Assembly (NCBI GenBank): GCA_965240465.1
Contig: OZ251219.1
Span: 1,152,001 to 1,216,000, forward strand
Direction: 5' to 3'
Source: a bacterium
GTDB lineage: Bacteria > SAR324 > JACQKK01
Length of the DNA stretch: 64,000 nucleotides
Part shown: positions 49,229 to 59,370 of the stretch, piece after piece
How positions within the stretch are numbered: the first letter of the stretch is position 1
Layout: each line of letters opens with the position of its first letter
Translations under genes and position numbers: made by a program
The notes under the pieces: model-generated
The model's input: the letters and a program-made list of their open reading frames with translations, nothing else
Database searches by the model: none
What the model was told of the DNA's origin: nothing

Positions 49229-51292
49229 CTATCTAAGATAGGCAGCGTTGGTTTTCAGGGTTTGGTTGAGCATCTGCAGGAATTCCGCGGGTGTGGATAC
49301 TACTCCTGCATGCCTCCAGAGGATGGTGTTATCGGGGGATAGGATGACGTAGTAGGGCAGGGCGATGGTTTGAAAGCGTTGGAGTTGGAGTTCTTGGTTG
49401 GGTATTTGGTAGGGGCCGCCATCGGTATAGAGTTTTGCGAGGGCGAATTTTTCTTTGAAGGTTTGATGGATTTCAGGGTGTGAGAAGATTCGTGCTTCCA
49501 TCCAGCGACAGTTGATGCAGGTATAGCCAGTGAAGTCCACAAAGACAGGTTTTTTCTGGCGGCGAGCTTGTTGTAGTGCTAGGGCGAGGGTTTCGTTCCA
49601 GGGCAGATTGTGGGAGGAGAGCTGATTGATGGATCTAAATTGACGAGCTTGTTTTCGGTCAGGGTTTATTTTTGTTGCCAGCGAGGCGGAATTATCAAAG
49701 GGAGGGAGATAGGCTTCCACATAGGAGTTGAGAATATATCCGTTGGCACCCAAGACAAAATAAGCAGCCAGCCCCGCAAAACCAGCCGCAAATAGCAGTC
49801 GCAGCTTAGATAAAGACAAGTGCCGCCCAATAAAGGGCAAAGGCGGAAACCCAATAAGAATCACGACAGCTATTCCCGTCAGGACGCTCCACATTATCAG
49901 CAAGTTAGAACGAGTGAGCAATCCCCAGCCCCAAATGAGGTCGGCATTACTGATGAACTTTAAGGCAGCCATGAGTTCAACTAAGCCCAAAATGGATTTG
50001 AATAAGGTCATCCAAGCTCCGCCCTTTCCTTGCATGAGGCCCAACAGGCGCGGCGACATGGAAATCAGTACAAACGGTAATGCAAATACAGCCGAATAAG
50101 TAAGCATTCCGATGAGCGGCCAGAAAGTCTGCCCCTGAGTAGCCGCCAGTAGTAGAGTCCCCACAAATGGCGCGGTGCAAGTAAAAGAAGTTATCGCAAA
50201 TGCCATCCCCATAAGAATAATCCCCCCCGTACCCTTGATGTTCTGCGACCATCGCACAAAACGATTGATGAAATTGTTGGGTAGCGAAAAATTAAAAAGT
50301 CCCAGTAAAGAAAATCCAAATAAAATAAACAAACACCCAATCACCAAATTAACCAGCGGATGAGACGCAAAACGCAAAATGCCAGTAGCTCCAAACAGAA
50401 CAGTAGCTCCAAAACCCAAGGAGGTAATGCTGAATACAATTCCCAAACCAAAAACTAGCACTAATTTTAATCTGACCCGAGTAGGATTCTCCGATTCCAC
50501 GCCATCAGACCGCAAAAAGAAAGATACCGTGATGGGAATCAAAGGAAATACACAGGGCGTCAACAAGGCGAATAATCCAAAACTGGCAGCCAACAGAAGA
50601 AACTTCCACACTCCGCTAAATAAAATTGCCTGCATGTTATCAGGACTAGCATGTAAGCGTCCTTGCTTGTCAATAAGGTCTACACTCCGCTCCATGTAAG
50701 CCTGAGCAGGACGCACCTCACCCGCAGACAGATTCACAATAGCTAACAGTTCTCTGGAAATAGGTCGGGTGCAATATTCATCGCTGCAAACCTGCCAATT
50801 TATTCTCAAAGGAATGCTCGTAGGACCATAAGACGGCACGTCCTGGGGTACTTGAAAATTTTGGTAAAACCGAGCCGTGTTCTTATGTAGTGCCAAAGGA
50901 ATTGCAAAAGCAGGATCCTCCTCTAACAAGGGATTGGTCTCATATGCCTCCCCTAGCACTCTCATGCTGGTATCGCTGACAATTAACTTGCTCGGCGGCG
51001 GAGCAAAACGGCTCTCAGAGGGTATCAAAGAGTAAATATGCCAGCCGCGCACAATGTTCACGGTAACCAATACCCGAAAATGCTCACCAGGATGAACTTC
51101 CCTCGGCTCGGTGGAGGTCGTAAAATGAACCAACTTACTAGGAAGAACCTGACGCGGATTCTGTAACCCCACCCCCTCAGCACCACGAAAATCCGCCTCC
51201 TTACCCAAACCCGCCCTAGGTAAAACCAAAAATCCCAACAAGGCTAGCATCAGCAACCGAGAACCAACCTGATTGCTGTGCTTAAACTTCAT
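49229..51292 (-). CDS. dsbD: Thiol:disulfide interchange protein DsbD family
   Basis: GWHIYS, QVCSDEYC, LTPCVFPLIP, FTCTAP, VDFTGYTCINCRWME. Confidence 0.92.
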   Translation of the reverse strand: MKFKHSNQVGSRLLMLALLGFLVLPRAGLGKEADFRGAEGVGLQNPRQVLPSKLVHFTTSTEPREVHPGEHFRVLVTVNIVRGWHIYSLIPSESRFAPPPSKLIVSDTSMRVLGEAYETNPLLEEDPAFAIPLALHKNTARFYQNFQVPQDVPSYGPTSIPLRINWQVCSDEYCTRPISRELLAIVNLSAGEVRPAQAYMERSVDLIDKQGRLHASPDNMQAILFSGVWKFLLLAASFGLFALLTPCVFPLIPITVSFFLRSDGVESENPTRVRLKLVLVFGLGIVFSITSLGFGATVLFGATGILRFASHPLVNLVIGCLFILFGFSLLGLFNFSLPNNFINRFVRWSQNIKGTGGIILMGMAFAITSFTCTAPFVGTLLLAATQGQTFWPLIGMLTYSAVFALPFVLISMSPRLLGLMQGKGGAWMTLFKSILGLVELMAALKFISNADLIWGWGLLTRSNLLIMWSVLTGIAVVILIGFPPLPFIGRHLSLSKLRLLFAAGFAGLAAYFVLGANGYILNSYVEAYLPPFDNSASLATKINPDRKQARQFRSINQLSSHNLPWNETLALALQQARRQKKPVFVDFTGYTCINCRWMEARIFSHPEIHQTFKEKFALAKLYTDGGPYQIPNQELQLQRFQTIALPYYVILSPDNTILWRHAGVVSTPAEFLQMLNQTLKTNAAYLR

Positions 51293-51392
51293 AATACTTT
51301 ATGATAACATGCAGAAAATTACTCTTGGACTAAACTTACAACTAATTAGCTTCTCTCACCTCTTATTTTGATCCTAGCCCTCTAAGGAATAA

Positions 51393-52691
<1,299 letters not shown>

Positions 52692-52761
52692 TTGAGGTCT
52701 AAAAAAGGGATATTTAAGCTCATCCCCCCTTACCACCCCCCACCCCCCCCCCAAGCAAAGC

Positions 52762-53148
52762 TTATCCAGCTAGCTGAATCAATTCAATTGGGTAGCTATC
52801 AGGGTCTCTCACAAAGGCGATCACCGAACCCCCAAATTTCATGGGTCCGGGTTTGCGATAGACATCAACGCCGCCGACCTCCATTCTGGCACAGGTCTCA
52901 TAGATGTCTTTCACCCCGATGGCAAGGTGTCCCCAGCCATCTCCTTGGGAATAATCGGCTTTCTGATCCCAGTTAAAGGTGAGCTCAATCTGGGAACTGG
53001 CAGGTAAATTATCATAGCCAAGGAAGGTTAAAGTAAAGCGTCCCTCGGGGTACTCCTTTTGGCGAAGTACCTTCATCTGCAGGTACTCGGTATAAAAAAC
53101 AATAGACCGATCTTGGTCGCGAACGCGTATCATCGTGTGTAAAAACAT
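52762..53148 (-). CDS. gloA: Lactoylglutathione lyase (glyoxalase I)
   Basis: LHTMIRV, FTLTFLGY, IELTFNW, GHLAIGV, AFVRDPD.Y.IELI. Confidence 0.95.
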   Translation of the reverse strand: MFLHTMIRVRDQDRSIVFYTEYLQMKVLRQKEYPEGRFTLTFLGYDNLPASSQIELTFNWDQKADYSQGDGWGHLAIGVKDIYETCARMEVGGVDVYRKPGPMKFGGSVIAFVRDPDSYPIELIQLAG

Positions 53149-53238
53149 AGCCTTATACCGTCTAGATAACCAATTCGCCAGCCTCGCCTATATTAATCAG
53201 CCTCGCCCAGCCTCGCCCAGCCTCGCCCTCCATAAGCG

Positions 53239-54357
53239 TTAGATGCCCAGTGCTTGTTTGGGGGGAATGTAGTCTAGGTCTTGTGCTTGGGCGACTGCTT
53301 GACAGGTTAGTTTTCCTTTATGGATGTTCAGCCCTGAAAGCAGGTTGGGGTCTTCATGCATGGCAGCCCTTGGTCCTTTGTTAACCAGCGCGATGACAAA
53401 GGGCAGGGTAGCATTACCAAGGGCATAGGCAGAAGTTCTAGCGACGGCCCCTGGCATGTTAGCCACGCAGTAATGGACGATGCCGAGTTCGGTGAAGGTG
53501 GGATCTTCATGGGTAGTCGGGTAGGAGCTTTCAAAGCAGCCGCCTTGGTCAATGGATACATCCACGATGGCGGAAGCGGGTTTCATGAGAGCCAACATGT
53601 CGCGGGTGACCAGTTTTGGGGCTTCGGCACCAGCGATTAGTACTGCCCCGATTACGAGGTCAGCACTTTTGAGGGAGCGTTCCAGATATTCTTGGTTGGA
53701 GTATATGGTTTCCAATTTACCACCGAATACGGTGTCTATAATTGCCAATCGCGAAAGTGAATGATCCAGAATGGTCACCCGAGCCCTCAATCCCATTGCC
53801 ATGAGGGCTGCGTTGGTACCGACTACTCCGCCTCCCAAAATGAGCACATGAGCTGGCGGCACCCCAGGGACTCCGCCTAGCAACATGCCCGAGCCTCCAT
53901 GGGCTTTTTCCAAGCAGAACGCTCCTGCCTGAACGGACATGCGTCCAGCTACTTCGCTCATGGGGGCGAGCAAGGGCAATCCGCCTTGGTAGGAGGTCAC
54001 GGTTTCATAGGCGATTGCGGTACATTTACTCTTTAGCAATCCTTGCGTTTGAGGGGCATCGGGGGCTAGGTGAAGATAGGTGAACAGGGTTTGATCTTCT
54101 CTCAGCATTGCAATCTCGGATGCCTGAGGCTCTTTTACTTTGATCACCAATTCGGCATTATCAAAGACTTCTTTTGCGGTTCCCACCACACTTGCTCCTA
54201 CCTCGCGGTAGACATCATCATTACAGCCAATTCCAATCCCGCAGCTACTTTGGGTTATGACCTCGTGTCCATTATGTACCAACTCTCTCACGGCAGCGGG
54301 TGTCAGGCCTACTCGGTGCTCTTGCACTTTAATTTCCTTGGGTACTCCTACTAGCAA
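53239..54357 (-). CDS. ald: Alanine dehydrogenase
   Basis: GVPKEIK..EHRVGLTP, KVKEP, FTYLHLA, PMSEVAGR, IDQGGCFE, YCVANMPGAV. Confidence 0.98.
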   Translation of the reverse strand: MLVGVPKEIKVQEHRVGLTPAAVRELVHNGHEVITQSSCGIGIGCNDDVYREVGASVVGTAKEVFDNAELVIKVKEPQASEIAMLREDQTLFTYLHLAPDAPQTQGLLKSKCTAIAYETVTSYQGGLPLLAPMSEVAGRMSVQAGAFCLEKAHGGSGMLLGGVPGVPPAHVLILGGGVVGTNAALMAMGLRARVTILDHSLSRLAIIDTVFGGKLETIYSNQEYLERSLKSADLVIGAVLIAGAEAPKLVTRDMLALMKPASAIVDVSIDQGGCFESSYPTTHEDPTFTELGIVHYCVANMPGAVARTSAYALGNATLPFVIALVNKGPRAAMHEDPNLLSGLNIHKGKLTCQAVAQAQDLDYIPPKQALGI

Positions 54358-54529
54358 GATTTATTCTCCATTGGGATGTGATAAAAATAACAGCTTAAAT
54401 TGCTCAGATTAGATAAATAAACAGATCAAATATAATTAATAAGCAACATGCAAATCCGACAGGTACTACACTCCAGCTATTTTTGCAAAAGATTATTATG
54501 GGGTAGCCCAAGATACTAGAAATCGCGGT

Positions 54530-54844
54530 CTAACGATAAATCTTATCACTAGGATACACCAGTCCCATTTTTTTACGAGCCAGATGCTCTATGTACTGGG
54601 GATCATTTTTAAGAGCCTTGATTTGCCAAATACGCGTGATTTTTTTTTGTTTGAGGTTTTGGATATTTTGCTGTTGCTGGGAGATTTGTTTTTTCAGGTC
54701 GCGCTGAGCGAGCCAGCCGTATCGCCCTAATATCAGGATGGCGAGTAGCCCTCCTAGTAGTGCCAGGGCGGAGTATTTCAGCATCCTAGCTGTTAATAAA
54801 GCGAGGGGTTTTTTTTTCCAAGCCTTAAAAATATTGGGTAGCAT
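54530..54844 (-). CDS. ftsB: Septum formation initiator (FtsB/DivIC family)
   Basis: TM, G.YG, coiled coil, LKNDPQYIEHLARKKMGLV. Confidence 0.85.
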   Translation of the reverse strand: MLPNIFKAWKKKPLALLTARMLKYSALALLGGLLAILILGRYGWLAQRDLKKQISQQQQNIQNLKQKKITRIWQIKALKNDPQYIEHLARKKMGLVYPSDKIYR

Positions 54845-54847
54845 TGG

Positions 54848-55075
54848 TTAGTTTTTTTTACCTTGCAAGAAGGACTCTTGTTCTTTGGGGGAGAGAGTAG
54901 CTACAAATCTTTTACAGGCGTTGCTGATTCTTTGAGCAGCTCGCTTTGAGTTTCCAAATGATTCCCACTCACCGAGGGCGTGGTCTACGCTTTGCCTTAG
55001 TTTGTGATGGGCGGGGTAATTGTAGAACGGATTATTATTTGATATTTGGTACGAGATGTCAGAGTTGATTTCCAT
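54848..55075 (-). CDS. Small hypothetical protein
   Basis: 75-aa ATG ORF with SD-like AAGGGA; ends 3 bp before ftsB. Confidence 0.6.
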   Translation of the reverse strand: MEINSDISYQISNNNPFYNYPAHHKLRQSVDHALGEWESFGNSKRAAQRISNACKRFVATLSPKEQESFLQGKKN

Positions 55076-55129
55076 AAGCTTTCCCTTTCTTGATGATGGA
55101 TGTTTTTAGTTGAATAAATTAAAGCACTA

Positions 55130-55195
55130 AAATAAATCTCGCAAATAAATCTCGCAAATAAATCTCGCAAAGAAATCCCGCAAATAAATCCCGCA
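55130..55195. repeat. 13-bp tandem repeat x5
   Basis: AAATAAATC(T/C)CGC. Confidence 0.88.
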
Positions 55196-55228
55196 GAGTA
55201 ATTCTCAGCGGGATGACTTCATATTTTT

Positions 55229-55837
55229 TTAGTAATTCCCTCCACTTCTTCCTCTTCTCTCTCCATCCTGTTCACCCTCAAGGCCGCCTTTTTCGCTTAA
55301 CACTTTGTCTAGCTCCTGTTGTTTTTCTGGAGGCAGGAGGATGTATAGATCTTTTAGGGCTAGAGTACTCTCGTTGAATTTTTGTAATCGGGATTGTAAT
55401 ACTTGGAGTTTCAGGGAGAATTTTTCAGGGGCATCAGTCGTGGTTCTCATTCGTTGACAGAGAGACTCATTTGGTTGAAATGCCAAGCTCAATTTTTCGC
55501 TAAAATTGCGAAAGGCTTTTTCTTGATCTTTGCCCTCAACTTGGAGTAGCTCTGACAATTTCCTTATTTTATTTTGACCTCTGACGGTAAACGCTACAGA
55601 ACAGGTTCCATAAGGAAATACTAAGAAATCCTTCTTGTAATTGTTACCATCAAGACGCTTATCAAAGCTGCGTTTCTTATCAAAGCTGCGTTTCTTATCA
55701 AAGCTGTGTTTCTTATCATCGCCACGATTTGCAAATGCAGAGGTCAGAAAAAAGGTGATAAATACCGCAATGATAATTTGAACATAACCTTTAGAAAAGA
55801 ATTTACGGATGCTATCCGATAAAGATGAACTAGCCAT
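55229..55837 (-). CDS. Exported helical protein, possibly Spy/CpxP (LTXXQ)-like
   Basis: N-terminal TM/signal, DKKRSF 18-bp repeats, LKDLYILLPPEKQQELD motif. Confidence 0.55.
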   Translation of the reverse strand: MASSSLSDSIRKFFSKGYVQIIIAVFITFFLTSAFANRGDDKKHSFDKKRSFDKKRSFDKRLDGNNYKKDFLVFPYGTCSVAFTVRGQNKIRKLSELLQVEGKDQEKAFRNFSEKLSLAFQPNESLCQRMRTTTDAPEKFSLKLQVLQSRLQKFNESTLALKDLYILLPPEKQQELDKVLSEKGGLEGEQDGERRGRSGGNY

Positions 55838-55900
55838 GATGGATTCCTTTTATTGATATTACTAAAAAACAAACATATAAACTGCGATTACACGCAACAG

Positions 55901-55973
55901 TGGAGACGAGGAGAATCGAACTCCCGACCTCGGCATTGCGAACGCCGTGCTCTCCCAACTGAGCTACGTCCCC
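55901..55973 (-). tRNA. tRNA-Ala(CGC), CCA not encoded
   Basis: GGGGACGTAGCTCAGTTGGGAGAGCACGGCGTT-CGC-AATGCCGAGGTCGGGAGTTCGATTCTCCTCGTCTCCA; G3:U70 identity pair. Confidence 0.97.
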
Positions 55974-56207
55974 AGTATGTCCCTAGGTCTGAATGCGAGG
56001 CTATACCAATAAATAATAAAAAGCAAGGGGGGTAGGAAATTTTATTAGGTAGTTATCAGGTGGTGGTGGGGGGGGTATTAAGTGTGGATTAAGGAGGTAA
56101 GGGTTTAGAGTACCTAATGTATCTTAAATATAGTATGGTGGATGCCTTAATTACCTCAAGACGGTTTATTGGGGAGGTGATTTAGATATTTTGTTTTGGG
56201 TATTTTT

Positions 56208-58595
56208 ATGAATATCGCCAGGGCGTGTTTTGATGGACGCGTTTCAGAGATAGATAAGCAGATTATTGAGGAGGAATTGCAGATTCTGGAGAGTATGCGT
56301 GGTTTTTTTCATTCAGCTGAGGGTCATTCTGAGCGGATGCTAGATGATGAGATGCTATGGTTGCGTGATTCCATGGCTGAGTCGAGTAAGGATGACCAAG
56401 CTCAGTTGATGGCACAGCTGATATCGGTTTCTGAGTTAGCCAAGCAGAGAGTTACTCCGATGGAGAGTGTTCAGGAAGGCACGCCTTATTTTGGGCATTT
56501 ACGCCTGAAGCAGGAGGGTAGGACTCGTGATGTGCTGATAGGCAATGCTAATTTGATGAGGAGTGAAGCCCCCATGCCGATAGTGAATTGGCATAGTTCC
56601 CCAGTGAGTAGGGTATTTTATTGTTATCAGGAGGGGGATTTATTTGAGGAGAGTTTTGGTGGTCGTTTGGTGGATGGCGAGGTACTGGTACATAGGCGGT
56701 TGGTGATTGAGGGTGGTTTGCTATTGAGGGTGGAGTGTTTGCGGGGTCGTTTTCAGTTTATGGATGGTTGTTGGCGTCGGGTGAAGGAGCATCCTCTTAG
56801 TTTGACGGGTGGAGAGTATTCAGCTCTTCGTCCGAGCAAGGACAAGCCTAGTTTGGGGATTCAAGCCAGTGTTTCAGGATTGAGTGATCGTCGGCTGGCG
56901 AATATAACGGGTCTGCTGGATGAGTCTCAGTACGAGTTAATCACCGATGCTGATAGTCAGGTGATGGTAGTGGATGGCGGGGCGGGTTCTGGCAAGACGA
57001 CGGTAGCTTTGCATCGGCTAGCATTTTTATCTCAGCACGACCCTAAGCGATTTGTTCCTAGGCGGATGATGGTAGTGGTTTTCAGTGCTGCGATGGCATC
57101 CTATATTGAGCATTTTCTGCCTGCTCTGGAGGTACACAAATGTCGGATAGAGGTATATGAGAAGCTGGTAGAAAATTTAAGAAAGCGTCATTTTCCTAAG
57201 TTGCCAGCCGAGTATCACAGTACTACTACGGGTTTGGTTTGGCGTTTTAAGCATAGTTTTGTTTGTCAGGAGTTATTGCTTCGGGCTGCAAGCGAGCGGG
57301 CTGCCGAATGGGAAGCCGACCTGAGAGAAGCACTAGGTGAAGCTCCGCAGACTGAAATCTTGCTGGAGGGCTGGCGTAGATCGTCTTTTGAGTTCATTGC
57401 TCTGAGACCGCGAATGTTTGTTCGGTGGCTGGAAAATAAGGATCCAGAGCGTCCTTCGCCGCCAGAGCTGGATTATCTTTCCAAGCAGAGATTGCAAAAA
57501 GCACTGCAGCCCTTTGAACGGCTAGTCACAAAACCAGAGCACTTCGTACTGGATATCTGGTCGGAAAGCTTTCTTAGCCATGTCAAACTAACCGAACTGC
57601 TTAACAAAATCGCCCCCGATGCCTATACTCCCCAGCAAATCAGGGAACTACACCAAAAACTGTTCTCTGGATATAGCACCTTGCAAGATTGGCTAGAATG
57701 GAAATCGGAAACACCGACCGATGATCAATTATCAGGCAGCTTTAAGCTGGGTAAGGGAACTGCTCCCATTAAACCGCAATTCTACCGAGAAGACGATACC
57801 ATATTGCTATCATTATATCAGTCGCTTGTGGGACCACTACAAGAACACCGACAACCACTTAAACTCGCACATATCACCATAGATGAAGCTCAAGACTTCA
57901 GCCCGCCAGAATTGAAAATGCTCCTAAATATAGCGGAAAAACCCTTCTCCCTCACCCTGGCTGGCGATACCGAACAACGCGTTATCCTCCATCAAGAACC
58001 CAAGGGGTGGATACCCATGCTACGCGAAATAGGACTGGAAAATCATGCCAACCTCCGACGACTAGAAGTCGGATACCGCGGCACTGAACCGATTATCAAT
58101 TTCTCCCGCAAAATACTCGGACACCTCCACCAAGGACATCCTTGGCGTGCCATTCGGGGCGGACCTCCTGTTCTATTGCTGCAGTCCAAGCAAACAGGAT
58201 TCGGACCTGCCATCTCCTTTATTGCTCCTATCCTTAAAAGCCTCCAACAACGAGAACCACATGCTACCATCGCCCTCATCGCCAGAGAAGAACAAGAAGC
58301 TCAAGATTATCATCAGGGCTTACTCAATGCCGATGTCCCCAAACTTAGGCTCGTGCTGGATTACAATTTCTCCTTCCAAGCAGGCACCGACATCACCACC
58401 ATCACCCAAGTTAAAGGACTGGAATTTGATTATGTACTCATCCTCAACGTAAATCAGCAAAACTGGCACGATGATGACCACTCCCGATTTCTCCTCCATG
58501 TCGCCGCTACCAGAGCAGCTCATCAACTCTGGCTCATCTGCTGTGGAACTCCCTCAAAACTGCTGCCTGATAACTTACACACTTATTTATTCTAA
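56208..58595 (+). CDS. HelD-like superfamily-1 helicase/ATPase (UvrD/Rep related)
   Basis: PYFGHL, VNWHSSPVSRVFY, GGAGSGKTTVALHRLAFL, IDEAQD, GDTEQ, KGLEFD, LHVAATRA. Confidence 0.85.
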   Translation: MNIARACFDGRVSEIDKQIIEEELQILESMRGFFHSAEGHSERMLDDEMLWLRDSMAESSKDDQAQLMAQLISVSELAKQRVTPMESVQEGTPYFGHLRLKQEGRTRDVLIGNANLMRSEAPMPIVNWHSSPVSRVFYCYQEGDLFEESFGGRLVDGEVLVHRRLVIEGGLLLRVECLRGRFQFMDGCWRRVKEHPLSLTGGEYSALRPSKDKPSLGIQASVSGLSDRRLANITGLLDESQYELITDADSQVMVVDGGAGSGKTTVALHRLAFLSQHDPKRFVPRRMMVVVFSAAMASYIEHFLPALEVHKCRIEVYEKLVENLRKRHFPKLPAEYHSTTTGLVWRFKHSFVCQELLLRAASERAAEWEADLREALGEAPQTEILLEGWRRSSFEFIALRPRMFVRWLENKDPERPSPPELDYLSKQRLQKALQPFERLVTKPEHFVLDIWSESFLSHVKLTELLNKIAPDAYTPQQIRELHQKLFSGYSTLQDWLEWKSETPTDDQLSGSFKLGKGTAPIKPQFYREDDTILLSLYQSLVGPLQEHRQPLKLAHITIDEAQDFSPPELKMLLNIAEKPFSLTLAGDTEQRVILHQEPKGWIPMLREIGLENHANLRRLEVGYRGTEPIINFSRKILGHLHQGHPWRAIRGGPPVLLLQSKQTGFGPAISFIAPILKSLQQREPHATIALIAREEQEAQDYHQGLLNADVPKLRLVLDYNFSFQAGTDITTITQVKGLEFDYVLILNVNQQNWHDDDHSRFLLHVAATRAAHQLWLICCGTPSKLLPDNLHTYLF

Positions 58596-58650
58596 AAAAC
58601 AACCCATCCCTCACCTCACCCTCACCTCACCCCCCATCCCCCCTGAGAAC

Positions 58651-58679
58651 TTGACAAACCGATTGCCATTCCCTATACT
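58651..58679 (+). promoter_or_regulatory. Near-consensus sigma70 promoter driving the putative large ncRNA
   Basis: TTGACA (58651-56), 17 bp, TATACT (58674-79); no + strand ORF downstream. Confidence 0.8.
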
Positions 58680-58685
58680 CGCCTT

Positions 58686-59360
58686 ATCGGGACATTTTTT
58701 ACTCAAACTGCAGTCTTGCCAGACTAGTAGGCAAGCATGGATTAAAAAATGCTCTGAATACTGAATGAAAGGGAATGGGAAGTGACCACCTGAGGTTCCG
58801 TCAATACCGAAGGGTGGATCATACATGCCTTATGATGAGCTATGATCTTAATCGGTTACTTTGCTTTAATTGCAATTTGGCATGTGCAATGACGAGGAAG
58901 ATGAGGAGGTGGACTGCACCGTAATCTCTTCTCCCCTCCGCTAATGAGCAGAGTTTCTGCCATTAAGGGAAACGCGGATTAAGCAGTCGGCAGAAACAAT
59001 GGGGAGTGAAAACTCCGAAGGTCGTGAAACGCGGTTTCTGTTTTCTGGTGAGTACCTAGTCTGGTAGATTTTGGGTGCTTATCCGATGAATATATTTCAC
59101 GCCTAAGACCGAGCTGGGACTGGCATTGTCAGTCCTGATATCATCAGTCCGCTAGCTGCCAGAGCAAGTGCGAGATTGTAAGTCTCGGTCTACTGATTAG
59201 CAGTACCGTTTGGGTATTTGCTAGCGGAGCGGAGGTTGTCATTGCACACCGTAAGCTACCGTGGGGGGCTGGGAGGAAATGCCATCATCTCCGTGGAAAG
59301 AGAATAATGGAGCAAGCAATGACATTCCCCATCTCTTTTATTCTGCTCCTTTAGTTTTTT
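58686..59360 (+). ncRNA. Putative large (~670 nt) highly structured non-coding RNA of unassigned class
   Basis: Own promoter, no credible ORF, nested long-range helices 58763-79/59328-43, 58883-95/59236-48, 58935-42/59228-35, 59149-56/59220-27, 58989-97/59034-42, many local hairpins, U-rich 3' end. Confidence 0.75.
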
Positions 59361-59370
59361 TATTACCGCC

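Noticed and set aside
55229-55973. Prophage or integrative element at tRNA-Ala
   Set aside because: No integrase and no duplicated tRNA 3' end noticed in the window
58686-59360. tmRNA, RNase P RNA, 6S RNA or group I/II intron
   Set aside because: No tRNA-like GGGG...TTCGA...CCA ends, no GAGGAAAGTCC/P4 motif on either strand, too long for 6S, no interrupted host gene or recognisable intron core
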